From Steroidobacteraceae bacterium (lineage in GTDB: Bacteria > Pseudomonadota > Gammaproteobacteria > Steroidobacterales > Steroidobacteraceae), in assembly GCA_019634895.1 (NCBI GenBank), contig JAHCAM010000008.1:4785-68784 (forward strand): 64,000 nucleotides of DNA. Direction: 5' to 3'. Of this stretch, positions 39,557 to 48,230 are shown one piece after another. How positions within the stretch are numbered: the first letter of the stretch is position 1; every line of letters begins with the position of its first letter. Made by a program: the position numbers and the translations under genes. The notes beneath the pieces were generated by a model. It was given only the letters and a program-made list of their open reading frames with translations. It made no database searches and was not told the origin of the DNA.

Positions 39557-41467
39557 TCAGGCGGGAGCGCCCGGCGTCAGCATGACCTTCAGCACCGCCT
39601 GCGAGCGGGAGGTCGCCAGCGCCTTGTCGTAATGCTCGAGCGGGAACGTCGCCCGCAGGAAGGGCGCCGTATCGATCCTCGGCAAGGTGGCCAGCGCCTC
39701 CCTGAAATCCTGTGCGCTGCTGCCGACCGAGCCCACGACCGTGCGGTCAAAAGCGACGATGGATTCGAAACTGAAGTTCTGTTCCGCATAGGGAAGCCCG
39801 AGCAACAGCAGGGTCGAGCCGGGCCGTGACTCGTTCAGCAACTGGTTGAGCACGGCCGCCCTGCCGGTCGCTTCGATCAGCCAGTCGTAGCCATCAAGGC
39901 TCCCGGGCGTCTCCACGGTTGCGACCGCTCCATCGAGCGCGCTGCGGCGCTCGGCGGATGGATCCACGACCGTCACCGAATGTCCACGGGCGGACAGGAC
40001 CCTCGCCGCGAGGTGGCCGATCGTGCCGGCGCCGAAGACCATGCATTTCCGGGGGCGGTTGTCCGCGGTCGTGGACCCCAGCCGGCGGAGCCCCTTGTGG
40101 ACCACGGCGAGCGGCTCGGTCAGCGCTGCCTGTGCGAGCGAAACGCCTTCCGGGATCCGATGCGCGTAGCGTGCGCGCGTCACGAAGTAGGTTGCGCAGG
40201 CGCCGTCCTGGCCGATCACGCCGACCTCGCGCCGGTCGCGGCACTGGATCGCGTCGTCCCGCCGGCAGGCCGCGCATTCGCCGCAGCCCTGGATGCACTC
40301 GACCACCACGCGATCGCCCTCGGCCAGCTCCGTCACCCGCGGTCCGAGCGCCACCACGACGCCCGATGACTCGTGCCCGGGGACGATCGGAAAGCTCGCC
40401 AGGCCGGTCCGGAAATAACCCAGCCTGCCTTCGACGATTTCGACGTCGGTGCCGCAGATGCCGACGTGCGACACGCGCACCAGCACTTCGCCCGGCTTCA
40501 GGCTCGGGACCGTGCGCTCCTCCAGGCGCACGCGGTTCGGCCCGTGCACTACCAGCGCCTGGAACCCCTGCTGCAGGAAGACCTCGGCCTTCCTGGCCGG
40601 ATTGCTGAGCCGCTTGCTCTCGACGATGCCGCGGATGGTGCCGGCGGTCTTCTCGTAGCGGAAGCGCAGGATCTCGCCGGCCAGGCTCGCCGCGCGGCCC
40701 TGGCGCGCCGCCAGCCACAGATCCTGCCCGCACCAGCGCAGTTCGCGCCAGATCTCGCCCGGAATGTGCCGCATGAGCCGGATGCCGACCCAGCGCGCCG
40801 CGATCGCCTCGCGGTAGTACCGGCGCCGCACCTGCGGCCAGGTTTCCGAATGGACGTGGATCACGCAGGCGTCCGGCACGTAGACGATCTGCCGCTCCCG
40901 GTGGCTCCAGTGGATGGCCCACTCGATGTCCTCCAGGCCCGGCAGGCCCTCGTCGAAAGCGTGCAGCTCCCAGAGATCCTTGCGCACGGCCGAGTTGGCG
41001 TTGTTGGCGAACGGGTTGCTCGCCTCCACCGGCCTGGGTTGCTCCGGGAAGATCCGTTCGAAATCCTGCACCTCGGAGAACTTGGATATCGCATGCCCGC
41101 GCTGGCCGCCATAGACCATCGCCACGTCCGGGTTGCGCAATGGCGCAACCAGCTTCTCCAGCCAGTCCTCATCGGCCGGGATCGCGTGGGCCGACACGAT
41201 CGCGATCAGCCGGCCGCGGGATTCCGACAGGCCCACGTTCAGGGAATGGCCGAAGGTGAAGTCTTCGGTGCGCAGCCGCACGATCCGCGCGCCGTTCGCC
41301 GCCGCGATGTCGCGCGTGCGGTCCACCGATCCGGAGTCCACCAGCAGGACCTCGAAGTCCCGGTAGCGCTGCGTCGCGAGCGCGGCGAAGACCTCCGGCA
41401 GCCAGCGTTCTTCGTTGAACGCGCGGATCACGATGCTGGTTTCGGGCTGGTCCTGTGGGGACGTCAA
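39557..41467 (-). CDS. Fusion protein: GT2 glycosyltransferase (aa 1-255) + zinc-dependent medium-chain alcohol dehydrogenase (aa 300-636)
   Basis: 636 aa, TTG start (TTGA overlap). N-terminal SIVIRAFNEERWLPEVFAALATQRYRDFEVLLVDSGSVDRT. C-terminal VGICGTDVEIVEG, GHESSGVV, CGECAACRRDDAIQC, VFGAGTIGHLAA. Confidence 0.75.
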   Translation of the reverse strand: MTSPQDQPETSIVIRAFNEERWLPEVFAALATQRYRDFEVLLVDSGSVDRTRDIAAANGARIVRLRTEDFTFGHSLNVGLSESRGRLIAIVSAHAIPADEDWLEKLVAPLRNPDVAMVYGGQRGHAISKFSEVQDFERIFPEQPRPVEASNPFANNANSAVRKDLWELHAFDEGLPGLEDIEWAIHWSHRERQIVYVPDACVIHVHSETWPQVRRRYYREAIAARWVGIRLMRHIPGEIWRELRWCGQDLWLAARQGRAASLAGEILRFRYEKTAGTIRGIVESKRLSNPARKAEVFLQQGFQALVVHGPNRVRLEERTVPSLKPGEVLVRVSHVGICGTDVEIVEGRLGYFRTGLASFPIVPGHESSGVVVALGPRVTELAEGDRVVVECIQGCGECAACRRDDAIQCRDRREVGVIGQDGACATYFVTRARYAHRIPEGVSLAQAALTEPLAVVHKGLRRLGSTTADNRPRKCMVFGAGTIGHLAARVLSARGHSVTVVDPSAERRSALDGAVATVETPGSLDGYDWLIEATGRAAVLNQLLNESRPGSTLLLLGLPYAEQNFSFESIVAFDRTVVGSVGSSAQDFREALATLPRIDTAPFLRATFPLEHYDKALATSRSQAVLKVMLTPGAPA

Positions 41468-42471
41468 CGCGCTTCTCCGGACGCCACCGACGGCAACTTC
41501 TCATTGTGCGGAGCGTCTAGCGGGTTTGGAAGCAGGGGCGACAGCCTCACCGCGACCCGGGTCGCAAACTCCTCCCCGGGCGCGAGCCGCGCGGACTGGC
41601 CGAGACGCGCCGCCTCCGCCAGGTCCTTCGGGCAGTTGCTGCAGGGTTCGAGCACGGCAGTGTAATGGCCGCGCCACCCGCCATAGCTCAGGAACAGCCA
41701 CAGGTACGGCAAGTGTGAAGCGTCGAACCGCATGCGCAATGACGCTCCGCAACCCGGGTCGTCCACCCCGCACCAGGGCTGCGGCAGGTCGCGCAGGTAG
41801 AGGAACTCCTGCTGCCGGCTGGACCCGGCGGGGATCCTGCGCAGGTCGATGAGGCGTCCATTCGCCGGCGCATGCGGCCATGCGAACTCGGCAGGATCGG
41901 TTACGTTCGTCCCGAACGACGGGTCCACGCAGCGTGCCCTGCCGCCCGGCAGTTGCAGCAGGCAGTCGGACGCCAGCTGGATCGGCAGGTGCTGCTTGAA
42001 CAGGAAATGGAACGGCTGGGGTTCCTCGCTGCGGACGGCATAGCGCACGTCGAGCGTCGCGCCGTCGTCCAGCAGCCGGAACTCCTTGGTGCAGCTCGCC
42101 TTCACGACCGTCATCGAAGCCGTGAGCCGCAGCATGGGTCCGGCATCCCCCGCCAGCCCGGAAACGTCCCATCGGCGCGCCCACCACTCACCGTGATCCG
42201 GCAGCTCGCGCCCTTCAAATGGACCCGGGGCGTCGTTCGGAAAGAGCTCTTCCCAGCCCCCGGCCCAGACCTCGTCGTAGTTCGCGCCGACGGGCTGCTC
42301 GCGAAGCTGGTCCACGCCACGGTTCCAGATCCACTGCCGGCCGCGGACCTTGTCCATCAGTTCCCAGACCCGCCCGCCCAGCGCGGGCAGCACGACCGCG
42401 CGCAGCGCGTCGCTCTCGAGCACGACCGAATCGAACGGCCCGACCCTTCCGGCAGTAATGCCAGTCCTCAT
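41464..42471 (-). CDS. Galactose-mutarotase-like (aldose 1-epimerase superfamily) protein
   Basis: 335 aa. LESDALRAVVLPALGGRVWELMD, PDHGEWWARRW and VLEPCSN resemble mutarotase-fold signatures. Assignment is tentative. Confidence 0.45.
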   Translation of the reverse strand: MRTGITAGRVGPFDSVVLESDALRAVVLPALGGRVWELMDKVRGRQWIWNRGVDQLREQPVGANYDEVWAGGWEELFPNDAPGPFEGRELPDHGEWWARRWDVSGLAGDAGPMLRLTASMTVVKASCTKEFRLLDDGATLDVRYAVRSEEPQPFHFLFKQHLPIQLASDCLLQLPGGRARCVDPSFGTNVTDPAEFAWPHAPANGRLIDLRRIPAGSSRQQEFLYLRDLPQPWCGVDDPGCGASLRMRFDASHLPYLWLFLSYGGWRGHYTAVLEPCSNCPKDLAEAARLGQSARLAPGEEFATRVAVRLSPLLPNPLDAPHNEKLPSVASGEAR

Positions 42472-43691
42472 GCGAACTCGTCGGCAGGCGCCTTGCCCAC
42501 CATGCCTTTCACGAAGGAGCGCGCGCTGATGGCGAGCGTCTCCAGCGAGTAACGCCAGTCGCGCCAGTCGAGGTCATAGAAGGCGCGCCGCCCGCGATAG
42601 GAACGGATGACGTCTCGCCAGCCGATCAGGCCGGCTTTCAGGTAGGCGGGCACGGCGCAGGCGTCGTTGCGCAGCACGATATGGCGGAAGTGGCCGTCTC
42701 GCGGAGCGACTGGGGCGACCTGCCGGCCGATCAGGTCCTGGTAGTGGATCCAGCACAGATCCACGCCGGCGTAGGGCGCGGCGTCGCCGCCTCCGGACAG
42801 CCGCGGATTGGCTTCGATCAGCCTGGGCCGGCCGTCGCGGGAGTCCCGTTTCATCTCGATTTCACAGAGGCCAACGAAGCCGATGCTGCGCAGGAATCCA
42901 TCGCAGATGCGGTCCACCTCCGGATCGCTGACCGGCTCGGAAACGGTCGCCGGCCCGAAGCGCAAGGGGTCGCAGCGCAGTTCCCGGAACATGGCATGCG
43001 CGATCCGCCGCCCGCGGGCGTCGTAACAGCTCAGGTACACCCGCTTGGCCGTGTCGTCGCCCTGGATGATCTCCTGGGCGATCACGACCGGCGTGGCGGC
43101 GGCCGCAAGCTCGTACGCGCGGACCAGTTCCTGCGGAGTTCGGACGATCGCGATCTTGCGCCCGAGCAGCGGGTGTTCCGGTGGAAATCGCTGCCATTCG
43201 CGGAAATGATCGGGCTTGACCAGGCAGGGGAAGCGGGCCGCTTCGGCGAAGGTCCGCGCGTCCTCGGCCGAGCCGATGGTTGCCGTCACCGGCATCGGCA
43301 TGCCGTGGCCTGCAGCCAGGCGGTATTGGGTGCTCTTTTCGGCGAGCGCCGCCTGCAGGGCGATGCCGGGCGACAGAATGAAGTACTCCTGCAACGGGGC
43401 GGCATGCCGGGCGATCGCGGTCACGAACTTGTCGGAGCTCGGAATCAGCGCCGCGCGGCCGCCTAGATCCACAGCAAGCTCCAGCATGAATGCCAGCCAG
43501 GCGTCGTCCTGCAGGTCAGGGTCCGGGCACAGGCGGGCAGGGCCGTACACCGAGCGGAAGCCGGGATTGTCCGGATTCGAATCGAAGCAGATCGCCTGCA
43601 CGCCTTGGCGCTGGAGGCTTCTGAGGCCCAGCACGCCGGTCTGGTAGGCGCCGGCGATGACCGCCGGCGGTAAAGCCGTGCCGGACGTCAT
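42468..43691 (-). CDS. ATP-grasp domain protein (COG3919-like carboxylate-amine ligase)
   Basis: 407 aa. N-terminal AVIAGAYQTGVLGLRSLQRQGV, PCLVKPDHF, VIAQEIIQGDD and LCEIEMKRD...RLIEANPRLSG are typical ATP-grasp elements. Confidence 0.65.
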   Translation of the reverse strand: MTSGTALPPAVIAGAYQTGVLGLRSLQRQGVQAICFDSNPDNPGFRSVYGPARLCPDPDLQDDAWLAFMLELAVDLGGRAALIPSSDKFVTAIARHAAPLQEYFILSPGIALQAALAEKSTQYRLAAGHGMPMPVTATIGSAEDARTFAEAARFPCLVKPDHFREWQRFPPEHPLLGRKIAIVRTPQELVRAYELAAAATPVVIAQEIIQGDDTAKRVYLSCYDARGRRIAHAMFRELRCDPLRFGPATVSEPVSDPEVDRICDGFLRSIGFVGLCEIEMKRDSRDGRPRLIEANPRLSGGGDAAPYAGVDLCWIHYQDLIGRQVAPVAPRDGHFRHIVLRNDACAVPAYLKAGLIGWRDVIRSYRGRRAFYDLDWRDWRYSLETLAISARSFVKGMVGKAPADEFA

Positions 43692-44974
43692 GAAATTCGG
43701 CGGGCCGCCGCAGCGCTGGCATACGCCCCAGATTCCCGCTGCGTCCGCCCGTGCAGGCGCTGTGCCGCGAGAACTCGCGCCGAGATCATCAACCCAGTCA
43801 GCAAGAATAGGTGCGGGTGGTATGCAGCCGAAAGGAAAGCGCCCGCCACCGCATACCCAATCATGCCCGCGGTCAGCATATCCAGCAGTCGCGCCGAACC
43901 GCCAACTGAGACTTCTGACTCAGGTCCTGCCCGCGCAAACAGTCTTGATCGCAATCTGCCGTTCTCGCGGATGTTCCCGAATATGAGCACGAGGACACAG
44001 ATCAAACCTGGAAGGCCAAGCTCGGCAAATGCAAGGAAGTAGGTTGAATGCGCCGTCATGCCCCAGCGCGTACCGAAGTGCCGCGTACCGATGCCGAGTA
44101 TCGGATTCTTGATTCCCATGCCGATCGCCCCCTTCCACGCGTCGATTCGGCCCTGGGCCGAACCGTCGCGTTCACTGGCGGCCATCGTTCGCATGCGCGT
44201 AAAGTAGGCGTCAGGCGCATAAATCAATGCCGCCGCCACCAGAACACAAATGCCCAGCGCGGCGGGCAGCTTCCTGGGACTGCGCCACCACAAGTACGCA
44301 ATCACGGCAAGTAGTCCAAGCGTCCCGCCACGGGACTGTGTCGCGATGATCGCAAACACAACCACCAGCGCGCCGCCCCATGCCAGGTATCGGCCGATGC
44401 CCCTCCGGCTGAGCCCCAGCTCCACCATCAGCGGCAGCAGGATGCACAACGACAAGGCAAAGTCGTTGCCGTCCCCGAGGAAGGTTGCGCCGTCGATGTA
44501 GTTGCGCTGCTCCGGGTTCAGCAGGGCATCGGGGTTCATTGCAAGCAGGTACATGTGCGCAATGAACAAGGTGAGGATGATGCCGCGGATTCGTGCTTCC
44601 GACGTCGCGAGGCGACTGATCATCACAAATAGCAGAACGTATCCAAGAATCGTGATGAACGTGTCGTAGGAATACGTGAACACGCTTGCGAAAACGACCG
44701 ACAGGGCGGTGAGCCCCAGCATGATGAAGATCCACTTGGCGAGCCGATCGGTGAGCACTTCGCGCATGGGCCGCAGGCCGGGCGCGAAAAGCGTCACCAG
44801 GAACAGCGACATCGGCACGATGCTGTAGAAGTATGGAATGTTCAGAAACGTCAATTGGCTGGCCGGCCGCGCGTATTCGACGAACAGCGCCACCAGCAGC
44901 CAGCCGTAGAGGAATCCGGTGCCCGGCTGGGCCCTGCTCTTCGCCGGCGCCACGGACTGGGCGCGAACGCTCAC
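43688..44974 (-). CDS. O-antigen ligase/Wzy-like polymerase (exosortase A-associated O-glycosylation ligase type)
   Basis: 428 aa, GTG start, >10 TM helices. Central loop TQSRGGTLGL and AHSTYFLAFAELGLPGL are typical of the Wzy_C/O-antigen ligase domain. Confidence 0.7.
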   Translation of the reverse strand: MSVRAQSVAPAKSRAQPGTGFLYGWLLVALFVEYARPASQLTFLNIPYFYSIVPMSLFLVTLFAPGLRPMREVLTDRLAKWIFIMLGLTALSVVFASVFTYSYDTFITILGYVLLFVMISRLATSEARIRGIILTLFIAHMYLLAMNPDALLNPEQRNYIDGATFLGDGNDFALSLCILLPLMVELGLSRRGIGRYLAWGGALVVVFAIIATQSRGGTLGLLAVIAYLWWRSPRKLPAALGICVLVAAALIYAPDAYFTRMRTMAASERDGSAQGRIDAWKGAIGMGIKNPILGIGTRHFGTRWGMTAHSTYFLAFAELGLPGLICVLVLIFGNIRENGRLRSRLFARAGPESEVSVGGSARLLDMLTAGMIGYAVAGAFLSAAYHPHLFLLTGLMISARVLAAQRLHGRTQRESGAYASAAAARRIS

Positions 44975-46098
44975 TGCTCCGACCTCGCGACGGCTTCATA
45001 CACCACGGTCTGCCTGGCCGCACGCGCAGCGATCGAAAAGTTCGCCTCGATGTGCGCGCGTCCGCGGGCGGCCATCGCGATGCTCGCCGCAGGATCGTCG
45101 AGGTAGCGGCGGATCCCGGCCGCCAACGCCGCCGCGGAGCCGGCCCGCACCAGCCAGCCGTTGACCCCGTGCTCGATCACTTCACGCGTCCCGCCCACGT
45201 CAGTCGCCACGACCGGAAGCCCAAGGTACGCGGTCTCCAGCATGACGTTCGGCAGGCCTTCCGTCAGGCTACTCTGAACCACCAGATCGCACTCGGCGTA
45301 AAGTGCCGGCATATCAGTCACATATCCAGCATATCTCACTCGGTCTGTCAGACTCAGTTCCGCGCCGAGACCGCGCAGCGCGGCTTCTTCCGGTCCGGTG
45401 CCGGCGATCGTCAGATCGATCCGCGGGCAGTCGCGCACCAGCTCCGCGACCGCCCGCAGCAGCAGGTCGAACCCTTTCTCCTTCGACAGCCGCCCGACGC
45501 TCAGCAGGCGCACGGGCCGGCCGGGGACGGGCGGCCTGCGCGGCGTCTGCCGCGCAGCCTGGCCGTAACTTTCCAGCATCAGCGCGTTGTGGATCACCTG
45601 CGCGCGCGCGTCCGGCACCCACCAATGCGGCACGCGCCGGCGCGTTGCCTGCGATACGAAGATGACCCGATCGAACCGCCGCAGCAGGATGCGGTCCAGC
45701 AGCGTCTTGACCTGGCCGCGCAGTTCGTTCGCGATCCACCCATGCGCCGTGCTGACGAGCTTCAGATGCGGCCGCCGCCGCCGGCACCTGAGTGCGACCA
45801 GGTTGGTGCGGAATTCGGAGCTATGCAGGATCTCGATGCCGAGCCGATCCACGAGCCCGGTCACGCGCTCGACCAGTGGCGCGAGCGGGCCGGTGTCGGT
45901 GACCGGTTGCACCGGCAGGCCGCGCTCGCGCGCGGCGACCACCAGCGGATGCGTCGCGCCGTCGTCCGGCACCAGCGGCGCGATCGTGTAGTCCACGCGG
46001 CTGCGGTCGATGCGCGCCGCCGTCTCGAGGATCGTGCGACCGGGCCCGTCCACCCAGGGCGAATCGCGCAGCTGCAGCACGCGGATCGGTCTGCTCAC
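44971..46098 (-). CDS. Glycosyltransferase family 4
   Basis: GTG 46098 (GTGA overlap) inside the composite 997-aa ORF. IRVLQLRDSPWVDGPGRTILE, and C-terminal SSLTEGLPNVMLETAYLGLPVVATDVGGTREVIEHGVNGWLV. Confidence 0.8.
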   Translation of the reverse strand: MSRPIRVLQLRDSPWVDGPGRTILETAARIDRSRVDYTIAPLVPDDGATHPLVVAARERGLPVQPVTDTGPLAPLVERVTGLVDRLGIEILHSSEFRTNLVALRCRRRRPHLKLVSTAHGWIANELRGQVKTLLDRILLRRFDRVIFVSQATRRRVPHWWVPDARAQVIHNALMLESYGQAARQTPRRPPVPGRPVRLLSVGRLSKEKGFDLLLRAVAELVRDCPRIDLTIAGTGPEEAALRGLGAELSLTDRVRYAGYVTDMPALYAECDLVVQSSLTEGLPNVMLETAYLGLPVVATDVGGTREVIEHGVNGWLVRAGSAAALAAGIRRYLDDPAASIAMAARGRAHIEANFSIAARAARQTVVYEAVARSEQ

Positions 46099-47243
46099 GC
46101 CGGCCTCCGCGTCGGCTCCCAGACTTCCTGGCGCACGCCCGCGAGCCACAGCCCCAGCGCCCGCGCAGCCGCAGCGTTCACGAGCAGGAAGAATCCGGCG
46201 AGGCGAATGAGCGGCGAGCGCTGCGCCACGGCCGGCGACTGCAGGCCGAGGCCCGCCAGCGCGTACAGGGCCAGCTGGCCGTAGAACGCCAGGGCGTAGG
46301 CCGGATCGCGCTGCAGCAGGAATGCCGCGACGAAGCAGGCCGCGAGCGGAATGAACGCCAGCCAGCGCATCAGCTTGTGCGAGAACAGGATGAAGCTGAA
46401 GGCCGGATGCCGCAACGGATCGAGCAATGCCGCATTGCCGAACAGCGCCGTGATGCCGCGCAGGAAAGTCCGGGTCTTGCGGTCGTACTCCGCGGCCGCG
46501 CTGCCGGTCGCGGTCATGACGCCGCGCGCGGCGGGTTCGGCCAGCGCGCGGAAACCCGCCCGCACCGTGTCGAGCACGGAAAGGAAGTCGGGCGCCATGC
46601 CGGGACGGAAAGGGCGGCAGAGACTGCGGCGCATCGCGTACAGGCAGCCGCTCGCGCCGGCGATGCTGTGCAGGCGCGCTTCCTCGCGCCGCAGCAGCAG
46701 CTCCAGCCGCCCGTACAGCCCCTCCCCGCCGCCGCCCTCGATCGCGTCCTCGCCGGACACGCAGCCGACCTCCGGGTTCGCGAAGTGGGCAGCGAGGGCC
46801 GGCAGCGAGCCCGGCTCCAGCACGATGCCGGCATCCGTGAACAGCAGGATCTCGCCATGCGCGCGCTCGAGGCCGGCATTGAGCGCGGCGGCCTTGCCGC
46901 GCCGCTCGGGCAGGTCCACGACCTCGACCCGGCCGTTGCCCTCGAGCAGTGCGGTCTCCAGCGTGCGGTCGGTGCAGCCGTCGCCGATGACCAGGATCTG
47001 CATCAGGTCCGACGGGTAATCGAGCGCCAGCAGGTTGCGCACCTTGTCGCCGATGCGCGCGGCCTCGTTGTGCACGGGGCAGATGACGGTGACCGTCGGC
47101 TGGTGGCCCGATTGCGGCGCAGGGGCACGGCGCAAGGTCAAGCGATTCCAGGCCACGAGCAGCAGCGGATAGACCAGGTAGGGATAGGCGACCGCCGCGA
47201 GCGAGGCCCAGAACACCACCACCGGCCAGCCAGGCGTCGCCAT
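46095..47243 (-). CDS. Membrane-associated glycosyltransferase family 2
   Basis: 382 aa. N-terminal TM, VTVICPVHNEAARIGDKVRNLLALDYP, VIGDGCTDRT, FTDAGIVLEP, and C-terminal TM helices. Confidence 0.8.
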   Translation of the reverse strand: MATPGWPVVVFWASLAAVAYPYLVYPLLLVAWNRLTLRRAPAPQSGHQPTVTVICPVHNEAARIGDKVRNLLALDYPSDLMQILVIGDGCTDRTLETALLEGNGRVEVVDLPERRGKAAALNAGLERAHGEILLFTDAGIVLEPGSLPALAAHFANPEVGCVSGEDAIEGGGGEGLYGRLELLLRREEARLHSIAGASGCLYAMRRSLCRPFRPGMAPDFLSVLDTVRAGFRALAEPAARGVMTATGSAAAEYDRKTRTFLRGITALFGNAALLDPLRHPAFSFILFSHKLMRWLAFIPLAACFVAAFLLQRDPAYALAFYGQLALYALAGLGLQSPAVAQRSPLIRLAGFFLLVNAAAARALGLWLAGVRQEVWEPTRRPA

Positions 47244-47252
47244 CGCGGCGCT

Positions 47253-48230
47253 TCAGGCCGGCAGTTCGGCGACGGCTTCCACCAGCACGGCCTTGGCGTG
47301 CAGGTAACGCGTGGTCCGGCGCTTGGCCTGGATGTCGGCGTACACGCGCCCGGCCTGTTCCGCCGTGATGCCGAGCGCCGCGCCAAGTTCCGCCGCCGGA
47401 CGGCCGTGATTGAGCGCCCACAGCGCGAGGTCCATCTGCCGGTACGGCAGCGCGAAGTAGAACTCGTCCTGTCCCTGCGACAGGCTGTACGTGTCGGTGG
47501 TCGGCGTCGCGGAACAGATCTCCTCCGGCAGGCCGAGATGGCGTGCCATGGCGTACACCTGGGTCTTGTAGAGGTGCGCGATCGGCTTGACGTCGGCGCT
47601 GCCGTCGCCGTTCTTGACGAAGAAGCCCTGGTCGTACTCGAGCCGGTTCGGCGTGCCGACCACGGCGTAGTTGAGCCGGTCGGCGTGGAAGTACTCGACC
47701 GTCTTGCGGATGCGCTGCTTGAAGTTGGTGGCGGCGACGATCTGCAGGTACTCGCGCAGGCCCAGGCGCTCCTCGCGGATCTCGCCGGAGGGTGCCTCGA
47801 CGACGAGCTTGAAGTGGTTCACCTGCCCCTCGAGGCCGCCGGCGATCACGATCTTGTTCTTCCACGTGCCGTCGTAGTCCGGGAACACGCGGCGGATCGC
47901 CTCGTCGCGCCAGCGGTAGCAGCCGATGGCGGCGAGCGCAGGCGCGATGTCCACCAGTTCGCACTCGACCCCCAGGTGCTCCGCAAGCTGGCGGCCGCGC
48001 AGGCTGCTGCCGCTCGAGGAATCCTGCTCCGGCAGCAGCAGGCCGAACACCCTGTCCTTGCCTACGGCGCGGACCGCGAGCGCCGCGCAGACCGAACTGT
48101 CGATGCCGCCCGACATGGCGACCACCAGGCCGCGGCGCGACAGCTCGCGCAGGATCTCGCGCAGCCGGCGGGCGATGCGATCGGCCTCGGCGCCGCAGTC
48201 GAAGTCGAGTACGGAGTAGTCCAGCTTCAT
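47253..48230 (-). CDS. NAD+ synthetase-like (NadE family) PP-loop ATP pyrophosphatase
   Basis: 325 aa from internal ATG 48230 (ATGA overlap with the ligase stop). PP-loop VAMSGGIDSSV, VVGTPNRLEYDQGFFVKNGDGSADVKPIAHLYKTQVY, PTTDTYS. Confidence 0.75.
   Translation of the reverse strand: MKLDYSVLDFDCGAEADRIARRLREILRELSRRGLVVAMSGGIDSSVCAALAVRAVGKDRVFGLLLPEQDSSSGSSLRGRQLAEHLGVECELVDIAPALAAIGCYRWRDEAIRRVFPDYDGTWKNKIVIAGGLEGQVNHFKLVVEAPSGEIREERLGLREYLQIVAATNFKQRIRKTVEYFHADRLNYAVVGTPNRLEYDQGFFVKNGDGSADVKPIAHLYKTQVYAMARHLGLPEEICSATPTTDTYSLSQGQDEFYFALPYRQMDLALWALNHGRPAAELGAALGITAEQAGRVYADIQAKRRTTRYLHAKAVLVEAVAELPA

Noticed and set aside
44971-47964. Composite ORFs that look like giant proteins: 997 aa (44971-47964), 937 aa (56737-59550), 716 aa (47253-49403), 762 aa (61695-63983), 673 aa (23136-25157) and 624 aa (1582-3456).
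   Set aside because: Only the 3' portion of each has real protein signatures. The 5' extensions run out of frame through the upstream gene and read as low complexity. Internal ATG/GTG starts that form 4-nt overlaps with the upstream stop give proteins of normal family length.
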